Shown piece after piece: positions 1-13,100 of a DNA stretch of 64,000 nucleotides. The notes under the pieces were generated by a model. It had not been told where the DNA came from. It saw nothing but the letters and a program-made list of their open reading frames with translations, and searched no databases. Both the position numbers and the translations under genes were made by a program. This DNA comes from Podarcis liolepis (lineage: Eukaryota), in assembly GCA_965112155.1 (NCBI GenBank), contig OZ218107.1; one strand, written 5' to 3'. How positions within the stretch are numbered: position 1 is the stretch's first letter; each line of letters starts with the position of its first letter.

Positions 1-187
1 TCAAAATGCCCTTTATTGCTTGCAAGAGTGTATGTTAAGAAAGTACCCTTAGCTAAAGCAATTTTAATAGTTTTTTTAAAAGCAAATTGCTGATACACAT
101 TGTTTCCCTGGTTTTGAGGATGATGCTAATTAATAAAATAGGTTACAGAAAAATGCTAACTAGGTAATGTGCTAAATAATAGGGATC

Positions 188-212
188 GTGTGTGTGTGTG
201 TGTGTGTGTGTG
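188..212. repeat. (TG)n microsatellite
   Basis: Directly visible. Confidence 0.95.
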
Positions 213-3200
213 CATGCGCGCGTGCATGCATGCATGCTGAGAATGAGTGTAGGCCTTGTTTTTAGTAATTGTATTATGCATTTGAAACACTAGTTATAAC
301 CCTGCTGAAATTGCTGTGTAGTGAAGAAATAGTTTAAATAAAATCGACAATAATAATATGTTTAAATAAACTTATTCATGGGAAGAGATGGAACTCTGCT
401 TATGGGTGTGATGAAAAAGCTTGTCACAGTTAGATAAATGGGGGGCTTTCAAAGAGCATGAACACATATGCAGTTAACTTATCAGCCACAGACAGGCACA
501 GATGGTAGTTCATGAAATGCTCCCTGGTCAGAATATAATAGATGTAGAATATAATAGATGGAGAAATGCAAAATAGTTTACAGTTGAAGAAAAAAATTAT
601 CTATTTTACAAACAATGCATGTAGACCATAGTTCAGCTAAACTTAATTTACATTTATCAAGGAATAAGCCCTACTGAGCATAATGAGACTTACTGTTGGA
701 TAAACATACATAGAGCTGCACTGCACACCACACTGAAACCAATGAAGCAAGTTATTTGTGACTAACCTAATATTTTTCTATTCATATAAAGCCAGTCTAA
801 TTAATTTCAGTTGTGCTTACTGCTGGAGAAGGGGGCAAAGGACTGCAGCCTGAGCCTATGCATGCTTGCTCCTCAGGAGGCATGCAAAGTCCCACAGTCT
901 TCAATGGAACTTACACTGCAATCCTGTGCACAATGACTTGAGAGTAGGTTGCAGCTAACCTTAGGGCCAGATCAGGGCCCTAAAACTTAAATACTGCAAT
1001 AAGGGATATATGAAGTTAAGCAGGCTCCTTTGGAGCCCATCTGATAGTATTTTATATTAAAGTGGTGGGATATTCCTCTGATATTCTAAGCTAGCTCCCT
1101 ACACAGCCAACATCCATGATGCTATTAAAAAACATGGCTAAATTCTATATGATTTCATTATATCCACTGCTGTGTGTGTGTGTAAGATACACACAGTGAC
1201 GCACACACACATATACAGTGTGTTGAGAATGCAAAGGTATAAAACCTCCATTTTGGGCTAGAACTGGGTACAAGTGGCTTCTTGAAATTATCCACCCTAT
1301 TTGTGAGCAGTTAAATTGGACAGTGTGGGGAGAACCATGTGGTGGGGTAATTCTGCAGAGCGAGAAAGCCATGTAATGAGGTAACAGCTGTTTTGGATCC
1401 ACTGGATATAAAGCCCGGTGGCTCCTTTAAGAGAGTAGCTCAGGTTTCTCTGTTATGCCAACTTGGAGCTGGCATGACAAAATAACAAATCCACCCCAGC
1501 TTCCATGCTTGCTGACATGAGCTGGCAGGGCTTTGGATATAGCTCTGCTACTGCAATGCCCCACCTCTGGAATGACCTGTCAGTCTATAATCCTTCACAC
1601 ATATTCCGTACTTGGCATTGTAACTCACCCTATGACATTCAGGTGAAGGGTGGGGATATAAAGGTTGGAAATAAGTAAACAAACTCCATCAAGCACAGTG
1701 TGTTTTCAGTAGATGTGTTCTGTTAACCATTTGTAAACACAGTCGGAATTGTAGTCTAACAGCTCCACACTAAACATGTTTATGAAGAAGTAAGTTCTAT
1801 TTATTTCAGTCGGACCTGCTTCAAGTGAGCATGCTAGGGACTGAAGACCCAAGTTTTAGGCTTCAAGGCAAAAATGTGACAAGATTTAAAATGGTGCTTG
1901 ACAGTCTTCTAATTGAAAATTTCTTTTTTGCTCAGCATGGTATGCGTTTTCCATTGGCTTGTGAATTGAATATGAAAAAAGTGAAGTCTGCATTGAAAGC
2001 TGTGACAGTTGTGCTTTTTGTGACAATGCTGTGGTACCTAAAAAGAGCATGATAGAAAAATGCTGATTTAACACACATTTAAGTCAGTGAGAATATAGTA
2101 GGCTGCAGTGGCTGTAGAAGTGATTGCAATTACAGTCAATCTTCATAAACCAAATATACTTTTGTTGGAATACGATGTGATTAGACAACAGTGGCTCTGG
2201 AGGGTACTTTATGAGGGTACTATTCAGAACAAACTGCAATCAAGTACATCTATAGGATCCTTGACAACACAGGATTGTTATAAAAGATATATTCATCTTT
2301 AGAGAGATTCAGCACCTATAAGTCCTCACTCAAATTGGCTTAGATTTCTAAGGTTTAACTAAATGGGCTGAGGCTACTGATATTCAGCCTACTTCCCTGT
2401 GTTAGGTCTGATCAGTGGTAACCTGGAGGAACCAAAAATTTCAGATAAACTCTGTAGGGGTTATAGATAAGTGGTCTTCAGATTTTCAGACACCGGCTCC
2501 ACCTTTAACTATAGCCTTTGATACAAGAACCAGTTTTAACTGGTTTAGGACTCTGTGCAAGAACCTAGCAGCAGATGCTACTTTAGATATCAGGTTCATG
2601 GCTTCTTTGCATCCCTAGCATTTTACAAAAGAAAAAAGACCCAAACTTTTGAAGAATGGTGGCAGCACTGAAGGGTGGCCCACCATAGGTTAGTTTGTGT
2701 GTTCCATTTATGTGACGTGACCCAGCAGCTGAAGACCACTTTTGTTTTTTCATTCCGAGAAGCACAATTTGTCTTGCCATAACGCTGCAGGGTAAGAAGG
2801 GCTGTATTCACCAAAGGAGCCCCATCCTCTATTGCATTTTGTCATCCTTTGTCTCTTATGCCCTGCCGCAATCTGGTGTCTCTTGTACTAATCTGAATGA
2901 AAACGTGTGATTAAAAATAGATTTGTGCTTTTGCAGAATCACAGTACTGATGTCTGTCTTTGTAATAAATGTGCTTATGTTCTCATCATGGCCATTGTCA
3001 GAGGAGAAGCACGTTGTTGCCTTGGAGAACGTACTTAGAGAGATTCTGACTGTCTGATTGGCTTTTTCTTCTATCACATTTATTAAAAAAGTAGCTGAGT
3101 GTGGAAATAGCATTGTAAATAATGAAAGTGAATATCATTGCCAGATATGTATTCTTCTTTCCGGATGTTCTGCAGAACTAAGTCCTCTTCCCAGCCAATC

Positions 3201-6200
3201 TAGTGAAATCATTAATTTATTGCTGCATCATGATCCTGACACTTCTGGAATGCTTGCAGAGATTAAAGCTCCTTTATCAACATTCCCAAGACTGTGATGT
3301 CTAAAGACCTCATCTGTTCACAAGTGGCTGAAATTAAATTCTGGCTGTTCAACAAATCTACACTTAAAAATTGATTTATAGCTGAAACAGTTAGAAGATG
3401 ATTATATGAATACATACTCCAACTTGGTTGAGGAAGTTTTGTCAAAAAGCCTTTTTTGGGGGCTGGGGGGTACAAAGTATATGATCCTAGGTATGCTTAT
3501 TTCCATTGAATGAAGTTTAGAATGAAGTAGTTGATTTTACAACAAGGATGGTAATATAGTATTTTCTTAATAAAATGACTTGAAGGTTTCACTGGCTGAG
3601 ATTTTAAGCATGGCCAGTGCCACTGAAAAAAGTTTCTATAGAATTAATTTCCATATACCTGTTTAGGAATAGGGCATCAGCACAATATTCTCTCAGTACT
3701 TTTCACAGCTTGCTCGCACCAAGCCTTGGTAATAAATTTAATGCCATTATCACCTTTATCAAAGCATGATGTAAATATGAAATGTGTAAATGAAACATCA
3801 TGTAAGAAAGGGAAGTTTGGAGTCTTTCTTTAATACCTTGGGGGCCACATTACCATATTTCTTGGAGTCTAATGGGATTCAAAAAACATCTGGAAGGCTG
3901 TAGGCAGGTGTAATGTTAAGTGTATACATGCTTCTTATACAAACCATATGTTGAGCCTTTGTATCACAGATACTCTTGTGGCAATTTGGTTTGACTGAGA
4001 CGGTCCAGGAAGCTACTGTATGCCTCAGGAAGCAGTATTTCATATCTGTGGAAGTGTAAGAGCAAGTTGTGGTTATTCATTTGTCAGGTTATACAAAGGA
4101 CAGTTCATTTAAGAAGCATATTGTTTTCCAGAACTCCGCCCTGGTAAACCCTGGTTTTGCTTAAGCAACAGTTGTGCAGCATAGCCTCTTTCTCTTAGTT
4201 AAGTGGCCAAATGTAGCATAGAAAATGAGGAGATGACATCTTATTACTTGCATTCTCTCTGCTCGTCTGCAGCAGCAACTTCCTCCTAAAGTTCTACAGG
4301 CCGCTAGAGGACTCTCTGTAGTATATTTTGCTGGGCTCAGCAAGAACAGTGGTAACATCCCATCTTTTGGGAAACCTTATTGTGTATCTAATAATCTCAC
4401 CAATTTAGAATTGTCATAAAGTGGTCATGTTAACTGGGGCTGTGTGAGTTGTTATAGCCAGATGTAAACAGGTATGAGACTTCATTCAGTTTTGATATTA
4501 CCTATTCCTGTAATGACCAATGTTTAGGAGTGATTTAATTATGTATTTTTTTTTAATAAGTTAAATTCAGATATAATTAAAGCAGTGCTTCCTGACACCG
4601 GTTACATACCCCTTCCACCCACAGGATAAACTTTTATCTATAAAACTTTCTCATAGCTAGGAATCTCCAGTTAGTAGCTGCATCAAACTTTCAAATGGAT
4701 ATCAGGCACCTGAAGGAGTTTCGGGAAACAGTTGTAGGCAACTATATTGGCTTCATGTGGAGGAAGCCATGGCACTGTTCAAGGCTGGTGCACAGCTACA
4801 GAGAGTAGTTTCAGTTCTAGAAATAGGTGAATTCAGGTATCAGTAGGAAAGAAGCACGGAAGAGCGAACAGTTCACATTAGGAATGTAGGATGTAGGCAT
4901 CAGGACCATGGACAGAGCACAGTAGGCTGTATGGAGCCTGGCAGACAGATGAGCATCTTTCAGAAAGAGTAGCTCACAAATGTAATCTGTCAATACTGAT
5001 AAGTGTCTTGGAACACTGCTTGTCACTTCTGGGTGTGGTATGGTAATGATGGCAGGATGCTGGGTGCTGCAGAGATTCTGAAGAGCATTCCTTGCTATTT
5101 GAGGCAACTAGAAAGGAAGCAATCCTAGGGATTGGTGATCGTTGTGGGGATTTAAGATGATTCTGTTACTTATTTAGTGGAGGAATCTGCTCCACTGTGT
5201 TTTCTCATTACTGTTATCTGAGATATCCCAGAGACAATAACCTTATGGGTCTTGGAATTATTATTCTTCTCCAAACTTTTGACATGGTACTGAAGCAGTT
5301 TCTGCTCCTGCAACTATCTTTTCACTGAGGGAGAAAGTCTTAACCCTCATTTCACATGAATTTTGGGCTCTTTAATAGATCTCCTTTGAAATTTAATAGG
5401 CAAATCAGTCTAAATTATATGGGCTCATAGGTTCTGGAACCTATGTTCTAGGCTAGGAAAAGAGAACATTTGACCACCAAGACCCCAACTGCCATGCTCA
5501 CTGTAACTGATGGGAGGTGGTTTCAAACACCATCTGAAAAGCAGCAAATTCCTCATCCTTATTCTAAACCATGATTTCTATCAATAGTAAGCCAATAAAC
5601 TCTGCTTCATCTTGAGTGCTCTTGTGTGTTGGAGATATATTTCCGTATTTGGGATTAAATTTAAGCTTTGCACAATATAAATTGCTTATGTAAATTACAT
5701 TAGACTACAGATGCCGTATTAATAAACCTTTTAATAACAGTATTCTGGAATTCATACCTTTGAAATATTTCATGAAAGTGCTCATTTTTAGGAAAGTGCT
5801 TAGGTTGGAAACGTTTTATTAATTCATGAACTATTACTTTAGGAGGCAGGTGTCACAATTAAACTTGCGCTAACAATTTGCTGAAACACAGTGGATAGAA
5901 CATTTTAAAAATTACTCTGATAGTTCAAGGGCAGCCAGAATAAAAAATGGGTTTGCATTTCAATTATCAGCACATAGACATTTTGCTGAACTTTTGTCCT
6001 GGTTCTTCTTCACTGGCACCTATTTGAAGTCTACCTGGTTCATTTTTCATATTCCTCAAGGAAGGGTCAAACAGAACAGGAAGTAATTGGTTTGGGTGAG
6101 AAAAACACCTAGAGCTGGGTCAAATTGCAGTAGGCTTAGTTAAGTAAAGTTCCCAGACATTTCATTAGTAAAATGGGTGAAATTCTAGTAAAATCTGTTT

Positions 6201-9200
6201 AGGTCTGGATGGATATGGGTTTATGAGGTCAGGCCATCCATTGGAGAAGATATTGCAAAAATATTACTTTCTATAAGTATTGCAGAGTAGCCATGGCAAG
6301 TAAACTGTTTTCATCATCCCTGTGTCTATCAAAAGGTAGCTATCTCTCACCAAATTCAGTTGGTGTTAGAGTTGAAGGAAGTGGCTAAAATATGGTTTAA
6401 TAATGAAACAATCTCCATTCCAATTAACACTGGGAACATGCTATTTGAACATTTTGCAATCATTACTGATTTGCTTATTTTTCATTTATCTTGTTTCATT
6501 TCTACCAGAATTTAACTTTTCATACTTCTTATTTTCTTCTCTGGCTCTAATTATTTTTTAATACATTTATATATTTTGCGTAAGTTTCTCTCTGAAGCTT
6601 TTTATACATGTCATTCATGCAGTACAGCTGCATGGGACTTACTCCTCAATGAGTGAATTTATTATTATATTACAGTTGATTTATTAATTGTCTTCTAAGC
6701 CACCATCTCAAGGCAATTCATACCCAAATATTTAAAAATGCAAATACAATGAATGCATTTTTTAAAAAAGAAAAACAAAACTGAAATCCCAATGAGCAGA
6801 CACTCATGGTAGAAAACCCATTTACTCAACCGGGACCTAACTGGAGTATCATAATAAAAATATATATGTTCTGAAAATGAAAGAGATAGCCACTGTTCTG
6901 GCAGCTGTTTCAGAGAGCTTCTTCCAGAATTTTTTTCCATATCTAATAGTTATAAATCACCTGATAATCATCTTAGAGTTACTAGTGGATAGTTTGTAGC
7001 TATTAGTCATTGTATCCATTATATTTTAATGTTAAATAATGCCAAACACCTTTGTGTCAATCCCTCTGATTTTTAAAAAATAAATTACAATATCCTCTTT
7101 TGGCCTCATTTACTAGCCCACCTATTCTAACCCTGTGTCTGTCCAATACTCATTTTTATATGTCAGATGAAAACTGGAATAAGATAAAACCAGGGAAATT
7201 TAACATTTTTTAAACTTTGGAAATCATCACAGTTGTATCTGTTTTCTCAATCAATAGAATGATGGATTTAGCTCATGGGTATGTTATGCTTAGATTGCAA
7301 CCTCTCTCCATTAGAAAGATATTTTCAAAGCATTTAGAACCTTCCATCGTACCTGAACCAGCAAGCATGGTTTAGAAAGTTTAACACCAATCCAAGGCAT
7401 GAAATCATGGTGTAATGGGAAAATAATTTCTCTATAAACCTGCATCGCGTGCACAAACTATTGCTGGGCACACATAGAAATAACTGACAACAAGCCTATC
7501 TTGTTGGCAGAAAAGCCAGAACTCCTTTCCCTTTTAGCAAGTGGTACCCATTGGCATTGAAATTTTAACAGCACACCCAGCTTTAAACCTACCTGTGCAG
7601 GGACACATTGAGAATAGGCAATGGGTGAATCAAATCTTTACTAATGCAGCAGACTCCATAATGTAGCCTTTTGATTCTTCTCTTTTAAGAGTTTTCACCA
7701 AGGCAAGGGAAGTAAATACAAATTTATTTCCAAAGGTTGGGTGAGTCAGATTTCTTTGCAGATGTTGAGGCAGAGTGAGTTGATCTTTGTGGAAACTGAC
7801 CCATAACCAAGCTGGATAGGTCCAGGAACTCAAGCACTTTATTATAATAATGCTTTATTGATAGAAAGTTGCAAGGTTTAAAACGGTTTCTAATAACAGC
7901 ATAAGGTAAAGTAACTTGGAAGCTTAAAAATAGCAAAGCTATCTTTTCTGACTAAGCACCGAACAACCACTTATGCAGCATAGAGAGCATACATTGCGAA
8001 GAGAGCTCCATTTAATGAGCTAAGCCAGATTCAAGCAAAACGCTGGACCCTATCCCATTACTTCATGTAATCAATCATGATGCTTGATTAAAAGAACCTT
8101 CAAAACAGTGCACACTCATCCCTCCCATCTTGAAGGAACAAACACCCCTTCCCATCACAGGTCTTACTTAACTGGTTCTCACTAGCACTGGCCTTGAAGG
8201 ACCCACACTTGGTGTTAGTGCCTAGGAAATTCAACCTGGAGAGGTTCACAGCATCAACATCCCAAAAGGCTCTTGTTTATCCCATAGCTGCAGCCTTGGG
8301 TACAAACACAAATCATGCATTCCTCTCTCTATGCCCTTTTGCTGCTTTGCTTCTAGCTCATGCCACTGAACTCTCAGTTCTTGTCTTTGGTCTTTTTCTA
8401 ACTACCAGCCAGTTGAGGACCCATTTGCTGTCTCACACAGATCCATTCCTTTGTTCCCCTTAATGGCCCATCACTCAGGTAATCACCTAATCTGTAAGCT
8501 AGCCTTGTTTATATTTTAACACTAACCCTGGATCCCAGGGTTAGAAAGGTCTTGGCATACAGCCCTACACCCAAACTCATAACAATATTGTGATGACTTG
8601 GGCAGTCCATGCGTAAAGTGGAATACAGCATAATTTAAGAATGACATTCTTCCACAATCTTAATTTCTAACTGCAAAAATCACATTCTCCCTTAAATATT
8701 TATAAACACTAGTGCTTATTAGAAAACATACTGTTTAAAATTTTAATGCTTTTGATTTGAATTGTGGATTTTATTCTTCATTCTTTGCAAAATGTAAAGT
8801 ATCATTGTGCTTTGTAGAAGTTTGCTGCATGTTAAGACCTTGAGGTGAAAGATATTTCCCCATGTGTGTTTATTCCTTCCGTCCTTTGGGGAATAAATTG
8901 TTTATATTGCCAGAAATTGTTAGTGCACTTCAAACCATCATACATACAGAATACAAAAGCATGTTACTTGAGTCTGTTAGTATGCCATGGCTAAAAAAGA
9001 AAGAACACTGGGAAGTAATTGTATTTGAGTTGCTTCATAATTTATTAAACACTTCCATTAAATGGTAAAGATGTATTGCATTCAAAGAACCATATGAGCC
9101 AAAGCAGCAAGGATAATAAAAGTATTCAAAGTTTTTAAACTATCAGTTTTAATTTGATATTCTTTCAAAAATGAAATGCTTAAGTATTCTCAGTTGGGCT

Positions 9201-9818
9201 AAATACATCCTTGGTGATCTCTAGAAAGAATTGGCTCTCATAAATAGTGCCATTTTATGCTCAGATTTTAACAATAGATTTCTGTGTTAGTCTTTAGAGA
9301 CTTTAATTGACAGGACAACATTTTATTCTTCAGTATAGGTACAAGACTCTGTGAATCCACACTAAAAGCATGTAATGGTTTGGTCTGAAAGATGGTTGAC
9401 AGCTTTGTGGGACTGAATTGTCGGTTGAGTAGTTACTGGGCTACATCCAACAGCATTGCTCAGCTTATGTTGAGGTTTCCATCAATGGAAGAATGGGAAA
9501 ATTAATTCCAGTGATTTCTGTTCTCTTGCACCTCTCTTACACACACCTAAATATCCTCTATAGGGTCCCCCAACACCCTGGAGCAGATCTGGGGAATGCA
9601 GAGACTGAAGGCAAGGGTAATCAGCTGGTAATTGCTCCTTCCCCTTTCTGTTGATGGAAGCACTACTGTCATCTGAGTTACATTGTGGAATACTATACAA
9701 ACTACTGTTTCAAAGTTTAATCAACTGTAAATATTTGTCTTCATGCTTAGTACTACCGATACATAGAGTACTTTTGGTAAAAAAACCCAAACAACTCTCA
9801 TTTTTTGTTTCATTCTAG

Positions 9819-9969
9819 GTGCTGCAAGAAGTGTAAAAGCATCTCCAGAGAAAGCAGAACTCTTTTTTCAGAAGCTAAGAAATAAACATGAATTCACAAT
9901 TTTGGTGTCACTCAAACAAACTCGCTTAAATTCAGGTGTTATTTTTTCTGTTCACCACTTAGATCACAG
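9819..9969 (+). CDS. NELL2: NELL2 coding exon (human exon 3 equivalent), LamG/TSPN domain
   Basis: ttctag| acceptor, |gtaggt donor; translates (G)AARSVKASPEKAELFFQKLRNKHEFTILVSLKQTRLNSGVIFSVHHLDH(R), matching the recalled NELL2 protein; 151 bp. Confidence 0.96.
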
Positions 9970-10067
9970 GTAGGTGCAGATACCTAATATTTATTGTTTT
10001 CTTTCTGGCATGCTGAAATGTGAAATAAGATTAAAATAAATCAGAAAGAGAAACCTGAGATTAATAT

Positions 10068-10157
10068 GCAGCAGAACCCAATGCATTTATACTCAGAGGT
10101 AAATCCCACTGAGTTCAGTGGGACTTACTTCCAGGTAAAAGTGTATAGGACTGCTGC
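10068..10157. repeat. ~85-bp palindromic dispersed repeat; other copies near 640-950, 1760, 10165, 11575, 31575, 37855, 48670 and 63660
   Basis: GCAGCAG..GTAAATCCCACTGA gt TCAGTGGGACTTAC..CTGCTGC. Confidence 0.7.
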
Positions 10158-13100
10158 TTTATGCTGTGATACTAAGCATATCTATGTAGAAATGAATTTT
10201 GTGGAAGCAGATTGGAGTCACTTTCCACTAATTATATGATTGGAATATTAGCTGACATATATGGAACACTACTTGGAAATTACTGTGGCTCATATGACTG
10301 TGAATAATGTAAATAGATAGAAATTCACAAGTTAAGATGTATCAACAGATTATATAACTAGTATCTATCAACAGCTGTCACCATTTAAATGTCTCCCACT
10401 TCTAAGGGCATAAAAAGTTTTTCATTTGTCTGTCACACTACTGTGGATCTCATCCTCATCTAGTGTAAATCAGCCCAACCTCATTGCCTGTAAAAGACCT
10501 GTACTATTTCACAGCATCTGTTGTCTTACCTGTGTGCCTTCTTACTATTTGCCTCACTTACTTTCAAACAGTGAAGACTATCCAAGGTTACAGAAATAAC
10601 AGTAATAAATGGAAAAGCAATGCTGTTTGGTTTAAGGAAAGCAATGCTGTTAGGTTTAAGAGACTAAACTATGTGACCTGAGGGCGTTTGAGAATGATTT
10701 CATCATGATACGACAAGAAAATTGTTGTCACAGTTAAAAGAGGTGTTATTAAGATTGTTACGCATCTGCTGCAGCTGCTGAAACAGTCAACATATGACCC
10801 TAGCAAAGAATTGTCAACAATGATCCATGAAACTATATGAATTTTCAACTCAAACTTCAAGCTCCTATAGCATCTCATTGAAACAAATGGGTTTTGCTGC
10901 CATTAAGTAGCATATGATTGGCAACTGAGCTATCATGCTGTAATAGGGACATTTTCATTCTTTCTAACAGACAATGGGAAAGTTGCATTATCTTTAACTA
11001 TGGTAGGAATGGTGTATACCTTTTATGGTATTACTGTTGAACAACTTTATATTGTATCTCACAGGGATAATAATGATTGTTAACATGGTAATTTTAAATT
11101 AAGTGTTAAAAGCTCCTTAGAGTGCTTCTTAAATTTATGTTGTCAACTGCATAGGCGAAACAAGAGTAACAATGCCAGAACCTTTCTAACAAGCTGCTTT
11201 TGTAAGAATTCAAGTCATTTGAAATTGGTACTGTTGGTTTGGCTAGAACTTTGTACATGCTTACATAAGCAGATGCCTGAAGATATATAAAGTTTTTCAT
11301 CACAGGTGCATATCGTATTTAATAACATTTTAGCATCTTTCAGATAATGCAATGAGCTAGAAAGGCACACCACATCCAACACAGCTGGGACAATTATAAT
11401 CCCAGAAATAAGATGGTCATGGTATAGGGATACTTTGGGCTTTAGTGGCACATCCTGAAAATATTATTGGAGTTTTATTGAATCTTTTTGGTGGGTTAAA
11501 TTTCTCAATTCAATCCCTCAAAGAATTAAAACAAATATTCAGAACATGCTCCTGTAGAGGTTTAGGCACATGATTTGTCTGATTTCTACTCAGAGGTAAG
11601 TGTCATTGACCTCAAGGAGGCTTACTCCCAGGTAGGTATGCATAGTAGGAGTAGGGAACCTCAGGCTCAGGGTTGAATGTGGTCCTCCAGGCCTCTCCAT
11701 CTTGCCACAGGCCACACCACTATGAATCCTTCTCTGTGCCCTCTTTGAATACTTGTTCTTGCTTGGAAAGCCACTTGCCGTGTGGATGGAAGATAGAGAT
11801 GTGCGTGTGTAGAAATCTGTGACTTTTGTTTGTTTGGAATATAGCCTGCTGTACAAAGGTAAAAGTTGGAATAGAAACCAGTATAGCTCACGTACTCCCT
11901 ACCTGTGAATGTGAGTAACTCCCAGAGCACAATGTTAGGTCTGCTGCCACCAGCCCTCTCGTTTTCTCTTTGTCCTTGAATCTCTCAAGTCAATGGGAGA
12001 TTGATTTTATTTAGGGAATTGTGGGAGTTTCCGGTTCCCTTCAGGGATGGGTCCAGGGAATCTAGGCACAGTGGGGAGAACACAGTCATGTGGAGCCACA
12101 AATCCACATCAAATGTCAGCAAACCATTTTAAGAGAATTTATGAAGAATAAGGTTAAGAAGACAAAAGGGAAAAGGCAGGACAGCTTATACAACAAAATA
12201 AATACACGTTTTTAAATAGAATAGAATTGCTGATGGGGAAGTTGTTTGAAAGTCAGCCTTCAGAACTGCAGTTCTTGCAACACCTACTGTACCCTTTGGG
12301 CCCACCCACTTTGACATGCAGCCCCTGGAGACTACATCCAATTTGACCATGCAGCCCATGCCCATGGGTAAATGTGTCCCTTGGCCTGAGAGAGTTTAGC
12401 TAGCCTTGCTGTAGAGCTTGTAGACCTGGCTCAGACCTGGCTCAGCCCACTGTCTAATTATGATAATGTGCTTAAAAAATATATATCTCCCAGTGGCCTT
12501 CTTCAGGCTCTTACTGGGCTGGTGCCACAATGTGTATGGTGGAGGTGTGTGCAATGCCTGTTTTACATGGGTATAGTATGAAATGTCAAGTGGGCAGTTC
12601 ATCTAAGGACAGTATGTTCAACAGCCCATTTTTCTCTGTTTTGGGGTAGGAGCGGGAAAGTGTATAAATCAGACCATAACATGTATGGGCTTTCATGTGC
12701 AAACCCATGTCACATGTGATGAAGAGGTGGGACACACCTGCATTCTCCTTCACTATGTGAGTCACAGGACAATTGAAGTAAGGCTCCAAACTGGACCTAC
12801 ATTCCCATGTGCACTAGTGTCATATATGGGACAATTGCAAGCAGTTCAAAATATGGTAGCATAGATGAAAGTTAGAAATTATAATTCAACAAAACAATAT
12901 TAATATCAACAAATCAGGTTATTAGGACAATGATGGCAAGACTGACTTTCTGCAGATCAAATTCCTTTTCTGTAGTCTAAGTGCAGCTATAACATAAAAA
13001 CCATGAATACAGCTTCTGATTAATGAAAGCATCTTAAGCTGTGTTGAATGAAATACATTTTATTAGAATCTAACCAAGTACGATCTCTTAATTATATACA

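Noticed and set aside
1-9818. NELL2 exon 2 or promoter
   Set aside because: No sequence encoding GVDPSLQID..KAFLFQ and no CpG island found; treated as intron
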